DNA of 41,032 nucleotides from a virus: UHGV virus genome UHGV-0278189. One strand, written 5' to 3'. Under the pieces are notes generated by a model, which had not been told where the DNA came from, searched no databases, and saw only the letters and a list, made by a program, of their open reading frames with translations. This document shows positions 8,206 to 17,980 of this stretch, piece by piece. The position numbers and the translations under genes were made by a program. How positions within the stretch are numbered: position 1 is the stretch's first letter; every line of letters begins with the position of its first letter.

Positions 8206-8898
8206 ATGAATACCAAACCTTCCATCTTTTCCTTTGAGTCATCCTGCCAGATCCGTATGTTCATGATTGACGGAGAACCTTGGTTTGTCACCAAAGATGT
8301 GTGCAATGCTTTGAATATTGATGTTACACAAGCGAGAAAACTTGATAAAAAAGGCTGGAACAAAAAGGGGCTGTATTCAATACAGACCCCTGGTGGAATA
8401 CAAGAACTATCCATCGTTTCAGAATCAGGTCTCTACATCCTTATTCTGCGTTGCAAAGAGGCAATGACTGAGGGAACGAGAGCATTCAGATTTCTTGAAT
8501 GGGTTACAGGTGAGGTTCTTCCTCAGATCCGCCGCACCGGAAGTTACATTAAAAACTCGCTCCCGCAGGAAGAACGCATAAAGATGGTTGCCGACCAGGT
8601 AGCCAACGCCACAGCATCAGCAGTGATGCAGGCAATGAAGATAGAGAACAAAACCTACAGTGCCCCACTGAAGCCCGGCTACCGCAGCCTGATTCATTCT
8701 CCGTCTGGTGTTCTCGGCCTGACGGAGAACTCATTGCTTATGAATCTGCTAAACCAGTTACAGGAAGACGGGCACGACGTATCGGGCGCGGCGGCGGAGC
8801 TGACCACCATGTTCTGCTACATCGTCGGTGTGAGCAAATGCCTGCGTGATATCCAGACCCACGCGGAGTACATCAACGACAAGGCAGGGTTCTTCTGA
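8206..8898 (+). CDS. Antirepressor (Bro-N-like N-terminus, Ant/KilAC-like C-terminus)
   Basis: 230 aa from ATG 8206 with AAAGGTGA RBS (ORF track starts at TTG 8161); N-terminal segment FMIDGEPWFVTKDVCNAL typical of Bro-N/antirepressor proteins. Confidence 0.7.
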   Translation: MNTKPSIFSFESSCQIRMFMIDGEPWFVTKDVCNALNIDVTQARKLDKKGWNKKGLYSIQTPGGIQELSIVSESGLYILILRCKEAMTEGTRAFRFLEWVTGEVLPQIRRTGSYIKNSLPQEERIKMVADQVANATASAVMQAMKIENKTYSAPLKPGYRSLIHSPSGVLGLTENSLLMNLLNQLQEDGHDVSGAAAELTTMFCYIVGVSKCLRDIQTHAEYINDKAGFF

Positions 8899-8963
8899 CG
8901 GGCGGTGGCACAGGGATGTGCCTTTAAAATAATCATTGGCGATGTGATGTAGATTCGCGTAAT

Positions 8964-8980
8964 ATTACCTTACGGGTAAG
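8964..8980. promoter_or_regulatory. Operator-like palindrome TTACC-N5-GGTAA (copy 4)
   Basis: aTTACCttacgGGTAAg between antirepressor and 9039 gene. Confidence 0.6.
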
Positions 8981-9038
8981 AAAGCGTTTTTAATCTTCCC
9001 TTCAAAACGCGTCCTGTAGCCAAACATGGGAGGACGAA

Positions 9039-9671
9039 ATGAAAACAAATACAACAAGAAAAGCGATGCCATACATTATCCCAGAAGCAGATTTCGACAG
9101 AAAACTGAACATGTCTGAGAAGAACACTAGTCACACCGAAAGCTACTTAGCGAAAGGTGTGGTTGATTTCGTTCTTCCGGGATTCACAACACCTTATGGT
9201 TATCGCCTTGTAAAATCTTGTAATGGCGATCATTACAGAATGATTACTACCAGCGATACTCCAGAAACGGTGTATGCGGTTAAGTTAATCTTTCGGGAAG
9301 ATATCGTCGAAGCTAAAAGAACATGTACGCAGATCATGGTATGGCGTACGCCTAATGTTATTCATGACCGTGCTGTTCATGGTTTGCCTCAGATTTTTTT
9401 TCAGTTCTTTCTAGAGCAATATGCGATCGTTGTATCTGATGAGCAACAAACAATCGATGGGAGAAGATTCTGGGAAAGAATGATTTCTTGGGCTATAAAC
9501 ACCCCGGGATATAATGTATACGTTTCAGATGGCTCTGAAGAAGATAGACCTCTTAGCTTCATGACATCATGGGATGATTTCTATAGCCAGTGGGCTGATT
9601 TCTGTTGGGGCAGTGATAAAGATGTGCATACCCACAGACTACTGGTTATAAGCAAAGATAAACTGCATTAA
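9039..9671 (+). CDS. Hypothetical cytoplasmic protein (accessory/moron)
   Basis: 210 aa; GGGAGG RBS; followed by strong terminator; no family recognised. Confidence 0.6.
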   Translation: MKTNTTRKAMPYIIPEADFDRKLNMSEKNTSHTESYLAKGVVDFVLPGFTTPYGYRLVKSCNGDHYRMITTSDTPETVYAVKLIFREDIVEAKRTCTQIMVWRTPNVIHDRAVHGLPQIFFQFFLEQYAIVVSDEQQTIDGRRFWERMISWAINTPGYNVYVSDGSEEDRPLSFMTSWDDFYSQWADFCWGSDKDVHTHRLLVISKDKLH

Positions 9672-9676
9672 TAGAA

Positions 9677-9697
9677 GCCCGCAGCGCGGGCTTTTTT
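9677..9697 (+). terminator. Rho-independent terminator
   Basis: GCCCGC-agc-GCGGGC followed by TTTTTT. Confidence 0.8.
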
Positions 9698-9728
9698 GTG
9701 GACGAAACAAAAGTCAGTGCTACACTCA

Positions 9729-9756
9729 TTGACGCCACATTGAGGTGGCTTATAGA
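9729..9756 (+). promoter_or_regulatory. Putative sigma70 promoter for small secreted-peptide gene
   Basis: TTGACG (9729-9734), 16-bp spacer, TATAGA (9751-9756); lies between two terminators. Confidence 0.35.
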
Positions 9757-9769
9757 TGGAAATTTCACA

Positions 9770-9931
9770 ATGAAAAAAGCATTTGCTGCACTGTTCGTTT
9801 TGTTGTCTCTGGTAGCTTCAACTCAGGCCTTTGCCGGTCGTTGTCAGCACGACAGCGATACTGCCGCTGACGGCTCCCGCTGCGGTGGGCGTTCTGCGGA
9901 TTCCCGCCCGGGCGGCGGTGGCATTCGTTAA
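9770..9931 (+). CDS. Small secreted Cys-containing peptide (53-aa precursor)
   Basis: MKKAFAALFVLLSLVASTQAFA signal peptide with AxA site; ~31-aa Gly/Arg/Asp-rich mature part with 2 Cys; flanked by terminators; start chosen at internal ATG of ORF 9698..9931. Confidence 0.45.
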   Translation: MKKAFAALFVLLSLVASTQAFAGRCQHDSDTAADGSRCGGRSADSRPGGGGIR

Positions 9932-9936
9932 AAACA

Positions 9937-9954
9937 AGGCCGCGAAAGCGGCCT
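9937..9954. terminator. Bidirectional terminator
   Basis: aGGCCGC-gaaa-GCGGCCt hairpin; T-run on the - strand side (ttgttttt), serving the 9961-10812 gene. Confidence 0.65.
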
Positions 9955-9960
9955 GTTTGA

Positions 9961-10812
9961 TCACTGTGCAGTTTTCGCTGATCGATTTTCAGCTCTAAAT
10001 TCAAGAACCGTTTCAATATTTCTTTCCTTCAGCATATCAATAACATTTTTATTCATTTGACTATCACTGGTTAATAACTGGTAAACGTTGCTTCTCTCTT
10101 TATCAGAATTTTCTTTAACAGCTGCTTTGCATGCCAAATGCTTATTGAAATTTTCTACATCGCTAGTACAGGAATTTACGGCTGCTGATGAAATATCAGA
10201 CGCTGAAGAAACACCATCATCCAAACGTTTTATAGCATTTTCTATACATGAGTTAAGGGAATAAACGACAACTGAGCGATACCCTTCAGACGCACACCAT
10301 TCTAAATTTCTTGAAGGATCGAGTGGTTTTACTTCGCTGGATTGAATTAACTTGTCAAAAACTGACTTATATTCAATCTGTTTTTTATCTATAGCCCATA
10401 CTTCAGTAGCTGATTTATAATTCCCCGTATGCCTATTAACATCAAATCCATGTTTTATAAGCAAATCTGCCCATGAAAGATTTATTGATTCATTGTTATG
10501 AGGCCATTTTCCTGTCAGAACCGCCCCCATAGACCCCATATATCCGCCATATGATGGTATAGCACCATGGCTCAGTAACTTCTCAGCAACCACAGGGCAA
10601 TTAATTACATAAGAGGCGTAAAGCCCATTCCATAAAGCCCCTCTATAGTAATCGCCACGATTAGGTTCTTTTAAGTCGATAGCCTTTGATAATTGTTCAC
10701 ACGTTTTGCATGCATCAAAGTTATCCTTATTGCATTGCAATGAACTGGCGGCTGTAGGATTTACAGAGACTATTGAAAGCACTATGCCAAAAAACAAATT
10801 TATTTTTTTCAT
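9961..10812 (-). CDS. Secreted Cys-rich protein, AT-rich gene (possible superinfection-exclusion or lysogenic-conversion factor)
   Basis: 283 aa with Sec signal peptide (MKKINLFFGIVLSIVSVNPTAAS); many Cys; start 1 nt after stop of the 1129-aa gene; visibly AT-rich compared with neighbours. Confidence 0.65.
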   Translation of the reverse strand: MKKINLFFGIVLSIVSVNPTAASSLQCNKDNFDACKTCEQLSKAIDLKEPNRGDYYRGALWNGLYASYVINCPVVAEKLLSHGAIPSYGGYMGSMGAVLTGKWPHNNESINLSWADLLIKHGFDVNRHTGNYKSATEVWAIDKKQIEYKSVFDKLIQSSEVKPLDPSRNLEWCASEGYRSVVVYSLNSCIENAIKRLDDGVSSASDISSAAVNSCTSDVENFNKHLACKAAVKENSDKERSNVYQLLTSDSQMNKNVIDMLKERNIETVLEFRAENRSAKTAQ

Positions 10813-10813
10813 C

Positions 10814-13800
10814 CTATTTCATCTGCTCTTCAACTTTATTTAGTAATGGTGATATCGCCCACAGATTCTGAAAAGGTAGCATTTTACGGACAGCGTGGGT
10901 TTGCTGGCTGTCAAATTCTCCGTTAAGTACACCATTTGCAACCGTCGCGGCATCACCGCCAAGATCAAAGGTAGGACCAAGTAAAGCACCAATAGCATTA
11001 CGACTCTGAAACCTTGATACCGGAGGCGCACCAAACATCGCGCCAAGACCAAACCTACCGCCGCTTATGTTCTCAACGGTATTCAGCGGCTCAGAGAGCC
11101 AGCCAAGCATTCCGCCCCGGTCGATCCCCTCTTTCACAAGGTTATTCCAGCTGTAGTCGATATCGCGACCGCTTAACTTCTGTTTCATCATATAGACCAT
11201 TGAGCCAAGCGCAATCGTGCCAAGCGCACCAAGATAGAATGAAGCATCGCCCTGCTGGATACCAGATACCAACACCCTGTTATGCTGTGCGAAGATAAAC
11301 GTTTTGAACTGCGTGATCATCTTCCAGCCTTCTTTACTAAAAAACAGCGGTGTATCACCTACGCCAGGCGTTACAATCACTGAGTCTACATCTTTCAGCA
11401 CTGCAGACTGGAAAATCTCTCTAGCGAAACGGTCATCCCACAGATGACTATGCCCGGTTAACAGCCCGTCCATATCCTCTCCGTGCTTCCCGAATTGCTC
11501 CCCGATTCGGCGCAGAACATCTTCATTGATGCCGACCTGTGCCATCTTCCGCATTTCACTTTTGGCGAGCGTGCCACCAGCAGAAACCTGGCGAGCCGCG
11601 TCAAGTATCCTCGACTGCACTATCATCCCGGACCATGATTTAAGTGCGCTGTTCCACTGATTCATCAGCGTCCAGTTACCGAATTTCTGCGTCATCCAGT
11701 TCAGGCCTCGCTCAGCGGCGCTTCTCCGGCTATAGGGGTCAGTAAGATCCGCTATAGCCTTTGTACGCGTAGACAGGACATAATCAAGCCCAACGGCCAT
11801 TTCTCGCAAATCCCTGGTTGCAATTTTCACTGAGTCCATATTTTTAAGCATGCTTACCATTGGTCCGAGAGATTTTCTCAGGCCATGCTGCATCATCGGT
11901 CGCATCAGATCAGTTGCAGCGGAGACGGTCATTCCACCAAGCAAACGGAGGAAGTTAATATTCCTAGCAACTCGCCCGGCACGAACAAAGAAACTGCGTG
12001 GATCTTGAGGTGCGCCGTAAGTACCAAGCAGTCGGTCACGCATAGCCGTAATATCCCTAATATCAGCCTCCCGTTGCTTCTCAAGAGCTGCACGTCGTTT
12101 AGGTGTTTTAGCCTCTTTTATTAGCCGGGTATATTCCTCACTAACCTGACGGATTTGCTCCCCCATATCTTTACGGCCAAACTGCGCAGTCAGCTCAATT
12201 TCTGGTGCCACCTGCCGGAGATAACTTTCCATGATGTAGTTAACATCTGATTCAAGAAAATCTTCTATACGCTCATCAGGAATAAGCAGCGTTCGGCTTT
12301 TAGTGAAACCAGCCCGACCAACGAGTCTCTCTGGGATAATATCGGCTGGTACAAGCCCGGAAGGTGCGCCTATTATTTTATTCACGATCTCGTCAGCAGC
12401 GTCCTCTGCTTCCTCTCGGGATAGAGGCTCCATCTGCTTCAGTGCTCGCTCGCGGCTTGCATTCAGCCTTGTGGTTGAATTTGCCCGTTTTTGCAGTCGG
12501 CGAAGCTCAGAACGATATTTCCGTGGATTATCCAGCAACTCCATATGGCGCTGATAGACAGGAAGCTCACTCTTTGCCTGCGCTATATCATCAAGGCGTG
12601 TTTTAAGGTCAGAGCTTTCTTTCATCATTCTTGCCTGAAGTTTTTCTGATGAAGTCTCGGCCAACTCTTTTTCTATTCTTGTAAGACGCGCCTGTGTGTC
12701 AGTCTCCTGAGATATAAGCTTATTTCGTTTATCCAGTTCTTCCATGAGTAGAATTTTTTTACCAGACCATTTCTCCGCTTCAGCGATTTCACTAGCGAGA
12801 GCATCAGCGCGCGGTGCCGATTCCTCTGCAGTTTTTAGCAATGAATTTATCCTTTCAATTCGCTGACCTGCTTTGTCAGCACCTTTGGCACTAATCCCTT
12901 GTATCCAGTTGGCAATTCGCCCTCTGAATTCAGTGCGGTCGGAAAGTATCTTATCGAACTTATAAATGCGGGGAAGATAACTTTTCGCCGTCACGACATC
13001 GATATCCTCAGGAAGGATCCCCAGTTCCTGCATACGGGCTTTTGTGGTCTCGAAAATGGGGCGGATTCTGGCGGCTGCTTGTGAAACCTCAGGAATATCA
13101 CTCTGATCACCACGGCGCATAGCCATGCCAACAGCTTCATTGAAATCAATAAAGCTCATCCTCTTCACGCCGCGGGCGCTGACAGATTTGCTGTACTGCT
13201 GGTAAGCATCACGAGTGGCTTCCATCTGCTTATAAAGCATGGCGTCGTATTGCTTAATCTTAGTCTCGACTGCCGTAAACGTAGCCAACCCCTCATCATT
13301 TTTGGCGAAGAAATAGTTATTTTCGGCAAGCTGCTGGTTAATCTGACGGGAGACAAGAGATGGTGATTGCGCCAAGCGGCCAGCAGGAGTGACACTCAAC
13401 GTTTTGTTAGCAAGTCCAAGTCCAGCGAGCTGTTCCTGATCGAGTGTGGTATTGAAAACCTGAGCTGCACCAATGCTTTGAGGAGAATCCATACCTCGCA
13501 AATGATTACCTACTGAGTTAACCACTGCCTCGCGCGCGCTAGGTCCAGCAAGTAGCTGTGCACCAGCACCAAGGATCCCACCAACGAGAGCATCAACAAC
13601 AACGTTCGATACGCTCTCCATCGGTGAGCGAGCTTCCTGAGTGGCCTGCAATGCGGCCTCTGAAGCAACACTGCCAGCAGCATTGGCTAAAGCAAAACGT
13701 CCGGCTGTTTCTGCAATACGACCGCCACGAACGACAGCGCCGAACGGAATAAACATAGAAATCGCATTGAATGGATCTGCTAATCTCATTGCTACAGAAG

Positions 13801-14203
13801 AGACTGTACCAGCAAATCCCAAGCCTGAATTGTATTCCATGTCAGCTCTCTGCTGATCGATTCGATGTTTAATTGCCATTGTTTCTTCAGGCGAACCGGA
13901 GTTGATAAACGAATCTGCAAAATCTTCATAGCCTTTAATATCTGCTGCATCGTTATCAAATGGGTTATATCCTTCAATCCTGTCAAACTGACTGAAAGGA
14001 GCACTGGCAATAAAGCTACCCAGCGTGTTATCTATACGAAATGCTGCTTGTCTAGACCTTTGAACGCGTTGATCACTGGTAAATGGGTTCACAGCAGAAA
14101 GCAAAGAAGGTGTTTCCATATAGAAATTACTGTCATCAGGTGCTGCTATTTGCTGAATATCCTCGCCAAGCAACTCTTTAGGATCCTGTTCATATATCGG
14201 CAT
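10814..14203 (-). CDS. Large internal virion/ejection protein (T7 gp16-like position)
   Basis: 1129 aa; last and largest gene of the core-protein series after tail tube genes; start overlaps upstream gene stop. Confidence 0.5.
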   Translation of the reverse strand: MPIYEQDPKELLGEDIQQIAAPDDSNFYMETPSLLSAVNPFTSDQRVQRSRQAAFRIDNTLGSFIASAPFSQFDRIEGYNPFDNDAADIKGYEDFADSFINSGSPEETMAIKHRIDQQRADMEYNSGLGFAGTVSSVAMRLADPFNAISMFIPFGAVVRGGRIAETAGRFALANAAGSVASEAALQATQEARSPMESVSNVVVDALVGGILGAGAQLLAGPSAREAVVNSVGNHLRGMDSPQSIGAAQVFNTTLDQEQLAGLGLANKTLSVTPAGRLAQSPSLVSRQINQQLAENNYFFAKNDEGLATFTAVETKIKQYDAMLYKQMEATRDAYQQYSKSVSARGVKRMSFIDFNEAVGMAMRRGDQSDIPEVSQAAARIRPIFETTKARMQELGILPEDIDVVTAKSYLPRIYKFDKILSDRTEFRGRIANWIQGISAKGADKAGQRIERINSLLKTAEESAPRADALASEIAEAEKWSGKKILLMEELDKRNKLISQETDTQARLTRIEKELAETSSEKLQARMMKESSDLKTRLDDIAQAKSELPVYQRHMELLDNPRKYRSELRRLQKRANSTTRLNASRERALKQMEPLSREEAEDAADEIVNKIIGAPSGLVPADIIPERLVGRAGFTKSRTLLIPDERIEDFLESDVNYIMESYLRQVAPEIELTAQFGRKDMGEQIRQVSEEYTRLIKEAKTPKRRAALEKQREADIRDITAMRDRLLGTYGAPQDPRSFFVRAGRVARNINFLRLLGGMTVSAATDLMRPMMQHGLRKSLGPMVSMLKNMDSVKIATRDLREMAVGLDYVLSTRTKAIADLTDPYSRRSAAERGLNWMTQKFGNWTLMNQWNSALKSWSGMIVQSRILDAARQVSAGGTLAKSEMRKMAQVGINEDVLRRIGEQFGKHGEDMDGLLTGHSHLWDDRFAREIFQSAVLKDVDSVIVTPGVGDTPLFFSKEGWKMITQFKTFIFAQHNRVLVSGIQQGDASFYLGALGTIALGSMVYMMKQKLSGRDIDYSWNNLVKEGIDRGGMLGWLSEPLNTVENISGGRFGLGAMFGAPPVSRFQSRNAIGALLGPTFDLGGDAATVANGVLNGEFDSQQTHAVRKMLPFQNLWAISPLLNKVEEQMK

Positions 14204-16950
14204 TATTTGCCCCCTGCGTATATATTGCTCGGAAGGTAATTGGCTGAACCATAACCGAATGGTTTGGTCAGATCTGGAGGAGTATATCCATCTTTATTGC
14301 TGAACTGCGGCAGCGGATTGCCTTCTCTCCGCACTCTAGCCTCATCAACACGCTGTTGCTGGAACTGAATGGTTTGCCTGTACATTGGAGATGTCAGCTG
14401 ATCCGGCTTGAAACGAACAGGGAGACCATTTTCTCCAATATAATTTCTCGGTTCTATCGCTCCGTTTGCGTCAGGCTGTAAAACCATAACAGCATAACTC
14501 CTATCCCTTGCCGTAAGGCCATCAGAAACAAGTATTAAGTCCGTATCACTGCGAGGACCGCCAAAGGATTTTGATTTAAGCTCGCGTTTTTCCTGCTCCC
14601 ACTGCCCCTGTATCCAGTTACCAGCACCATTATTTACTCCGTACAATGCCTCAGGTGCATACTTCATAACCTCTGCTTTGCCATTAACCGTAGAAACTCC
14701 CCAGGTGGTTCTGATCATGGCATTGGTCATTTTCTCAGCCTGTTCTGCATCGCCACCTGTCTGTACAAAGTTAGCATCGTAAATTGTCTGGTAATCTCGC
14801 TGATAGGCCGCATTTGATTTTCCTGGATCGGTAATATCCGGAGACCACGAACCAAAGGAAGTCAGACTGCTGGCGTTATTTTGTGCAGCAGTTACCCTCG
14901 CCGCGACATATTTTTTGTCTCGCATGGCAGTGGAAAGCATCTGTTTCATTCGGTCATCCTGTTGGAACACCTGACTGTAAGCCATATCAACAGCCTTATC
15001 CTCCGGCACGCCAGCGCGGGAATAATCGTAAACCTTGCCATAAAATGCCATCGTACTTTTATCAAGTGTTGCCGCTGCCGCCGGATTATTATCGAATAAC
15101 TGACCGTAGAATTTTGCCATCGGGACAACCAGCGCAGGATCTCTTGATGTTGCTCCACTGTTAAGCATTGTTTTAACCTGAGTTGGTATCATGCCGCTTT
15201 TAGTTGTGACGGTGACCAGTGTATTGATGCTCTGCGGATCAGATATGGAAAACGAAGGCGCGATATCCTGCGCGAAATAACGGTCTACCGCTGCCTGATT
15301 GTTTTTGTCGTTCGGGTCCAGCGGGAAGTTATTTTGCATTGAAGACACGAACCTGTTTCTTCCCTGCTGAATCTCCCACTCCCTATCCATCTCTTTAAAT
15401 TTGGCCTGCATTTTCTCCCAGCGTTGCTGGTTAGCAGCAAATCCAGGAGCATTTGGATCCTGTGGACGTAAACGTTCAAGAATGTCTTGTCGTCCTTCTG
15501 GAGTGAGGTCTTTAGCGGCACCAATGACACCTCCATATTGTATCTGCGCCTGCATATCCTTCCACTTCATAGCGCCAATGCGCGGACCATTGGCCCGGAT
15601 AAAATCGTCCTCAGAAGGTAACTTCTCAGGTTTCAATCCTTCATCAAGGGCTGAATATGCATCTTTAACTACGGTGCTAAGCTGGTCCGCATACTGCTGG
15701 CGGTACTGATTTCTCAGCTCATTAGCCTGCCTCAATGCCTGTATTTGCATTTGAGGGCTCATAGCATCAAATGCCGCATTGCCCGTATAACGCTTAGGTG
15801 AATCAAGGTTAGTTAGACCAAGGGCTGCCGAGATACCAGTTTCAAGCTGTTCGGTGCTATAAGGCATACTGCCATTTTCGTGTTTAATAATCCCAGCACA
15901 TAAAGCAGCTAGTGTCTTTGGGTTAGAGATATCAAGCTGATCATTCTCCCCAACACCAAGCTCACCACACAATGCCCTAATATAAGCATCAGTATTATTA
16001 CCATCACTAGCCGGAGCATAGCGATTAACAATCTCGCTAACGGTGTCATAGCCTTGACGCTGGTAAGACAACATATTTTTACCCAACGCGCGGATTCCAT
16101 GCTCAGGGGTAGCAAACGTTGCAAAACGTCCATCGCTACCGATCTGACCTTCCCACGGGTTAGATTTGCTCGCTTCAATATTACCAGGGTTATTATTACG
16201 TAAACCACGAGCATCCAATGAATTACCATGTGATATTGCACGACTCACACCATCAAGATCCCCTGGCTCTCCATTAACCTGAAGAAACTCGTTGTATTTT
16301 TGAGCGATATTTCCTATCCATGCTTGCTGCCCCATTTGTTCCTTGAGCTGAGTTTTCTGCTGAACACGCCACTCATCAGGAAGCCCATGCGCATCAGCGT
16401 ATTGATCAATAGATTCAAATCGCTGCTTGGCTAAATCGACAAATGCTTGGTTATCGCTATATAGCCCCGCAGACTGAGTGACAGCCAATGCATTTCCTGA
16501 CAAATACGTTTGATCTTGGAATTGCTGAAACTGCCCAACTTCATATCGACGTGCCTGATTGTAATAAGACTGCATAGACTGCTGGAGTTGAAAGGATAAT
16601 TTATTCCTTTCCTCACTTTCAGGGATTGAGCCTAATAATGCCTGAGCCCTTTCCTGCATATTTTTCATAACAGCGTCACTCTGACCAAGAGCGTTTTTAC
16701 CCTGTTTAGAAATCAGCCCATTTTCAGGGTTGTTAATCTGGTCATCTGCAAATTGGTTAAATTGCAGTAACGCCTCCTGGGCCATAGCAACATTCGCTTT
16801 CTGCCTGGCTTCACCATATGCCACCGCATACTGATCTGCGACATTCGCCAGCACCTGACCTGCTTGAGGAACATCGAAGGTCTGAAAACCACCGGTTTGC
16901 ACACCACGACTTTGCACCTGGCGTCCGGATGTAGTAGGAACAACAGGCAT
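14203..16950 (-). CDS. Internal virion/ejection protein (T7 gp15-like position)
   Basis: 915 aa; Gln-rich; coupled to flanking genes. Confidence 0.5.
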   Translation of the reverse strand: MPVVPTTSGRQVQSRGVQTGGFQTFDVPQAGQVLANVADQYAVAYGEARQKANVAMAQEALLQFNQFADDQINNPENGLISKQGKNALGQSDAVMKNMQERAQALLGSIPESEERNKLSFQLQQSMQSYYNQARRYEVGQFQQFQDQTYLSGNALAVTQSAGLYSDNQAFVDLAKQRFESIDQYADAHGLPDEWRVQQKTQLKEQMGQQAWIGNIAQKYNEFLQVNGEPGDLDGVSRAISHGNSLDARGLRNNNPGNIEASKSNPWEGQIGSDGRFATFATPEHGIRALGKNMLSYQRQGYDTVSEIVNRYAPASDGNNTDAYIRALCGELGVGENDQLDISNPKTLAALCAGIIKHENGSMPYSTEQLETGISAALGLTNLDSPKRYTGNAAFDAMSPQMQIQALRQANELRNQYRQQYADQLSTVVKDAYSALDEGLKPEKLPSEDDFIRANGPRIGAMKWKDMQAQIQYGGVIGAAKDLTPEGRQDILERLRPQDPNAPGFAANQQRWEKMQAKFKEMDREWEIQQGRNRFVSSMQNNFPLDPNDKNNQAAVDRYFAQDIAPSFSISDPQSINTLVTVTTKSGMIPTQVKTMLNSGATSRDPALVVPMAKFYGQLFDNNPAAAATLDKSTMAFYGKVYDYSRAGVPEDKAVDMAYSQVFQQDDRMKQMLSTAMRDKKYVAARVTAAQNNASSLTSFGSWSPDITDPGKSNAAYQRDYQTIYDANFVQTGGDAEQAEKMTNAMIRTTWGVSTVNGKAEVMKYAPEALYGVNNGAGNWIQGQWEQEKRELKSKSFGGPRSDTDLILVSDGLTARDRSYAVMVLQPDANGAIEPRNYIGENGLPVRFKPDQLTSPMYRQTIQFQQQRVDEARVRREGNPLPQFSNKDGYTPPDLTKPFGYGSANYLPSNIYAGGK

Positions 16951-17516
16951 CAGTAACCTCCTATTTTGAATCGGGAGTCAGAATTCATAAAACCTGAGTT
17001 AGATAACATTGGCGTGTTTCCTTGCTTACTAATCGGATTGATACTTCCGCCACCCAACTTATATGCACCGTACGCTTTTAGTGGTGCCGTTAACAAAGTG
17101 CTGGTCATCGATGATTTAGCAGCCGACTGAGCAGCAGCCCCCTGTGCCTGAGCATTCATTCCCTGAACCTGATACCCATATGCCTCACGCTGAGCGTTAT
17201 TCACTGTCGTTAACGCATCAAGAGTGCCGAACTGAGCATTATCCGCAAAAACGTCAAGAGCTGTTCCGCTACTTAATTCCGCACCGGTAGCCCCCATAGT
17301 GGCCGCCGCAGTGCCTGAGCGTTGACGCATTTCACGACGACGCTGATCCGCTTCAATATTCCCACGATTGATTGAATCCTGTGCCTGAGCTTCAGCAATT
17401 TCAGCATTCCGATCAGCTACGGCTGACTGGTATTTTGCCTGCTTGCTCTGGCTGTACATTGATGCGGCTGTGGATGCCACTGTGACGGCAACCAAAGCGA
17501 TGGCTGGGTTACACAT
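16950..17516 (-). CDS. Internal virion protein (T7 gp14-like position)
   Basis: 188 aa; N-terminal hydrophobic helix then Ala/Gln-rich. Confidence 0.45.
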   Translation of the reverse strand: MCNPAIALVAVTVASTAASMYSQSKQAKYQSAVADRNAEIAEAQAQDSINRGNIEADQRRREMRQRSGTAAATMGATGAELSSGTALDVFADNAQFGTLDALTTVNNAQREAYGYQVQGMNAQAQGAAAQSAAKSSMTSTLLTAPLKAYGAYKLGGGSINPISKQGNTPMLSNSGFMNSDSRFKIGGY

Positions 17517-17980
17517 TATTTTCTCTCCATGTGAAATCTGTGGAAATTAAGACCAAGAGCACCATAAGGCGCGGCTTCTTCAAGCCTGAATCCAAGCCAG
17601 TGCAGCCATGCTTTGGCAACATGGTTTCGCTCGTCGACGTAGTTTTCCAGGCGCGGATAAACTGCCAGCATCTGCTGCAATACAGGGCGGCAGTGGCGAA
17701 GAAATGTCTTCTGATATTTTTCAATACGGCTGGTCCCGACCAGCCAGGGCGTACCATTGCCACCGATCATTGACGCCGGAGATACACCAAACATGGTTAC
17801 CAGTTCTCCGTTCGCGAACCCTGACCAGGCCATAGTCGCAGTGCGAAGACCAACACGCAGCGCATCTTCGGTAGTCATCAGCGATACCGCATACAGTTCG
17901 TCAATATCAGCCTGACGAACATCCGGCAAAATCATCTGAAGATGCTCTTCGGTAGCGGGAATAATTCGAACATCGATCAT
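17516..17980 (-). CDS. Internal virion protein (T7 gp13-like position)
   Basis: 154 aa; coupled between tail-tube B-like and gp14-like genes. Confidence 0.4.
   Translation of the reverse strand: MIDVRIIPATEEHLQMILPDVRQADIDELYAVSLMTTEDALRVGLRTATMAWSGFANGELVTMFGVSPASMIGGNGTPWLVGTSRIEKYQKTFLRHCRPVLQQMLAVYPRLENYVDERNHVAKAWLHWLGFRLEEAAPYGALGLNFHRFHMERK

Noticed and set aside
8067-8414. 115-aa ORF on - strand
   Set aside because: Overlaps the structured antirepressor leader and the antirepressor start; Cys/Pro-rich unlikely sequence; no RBS.
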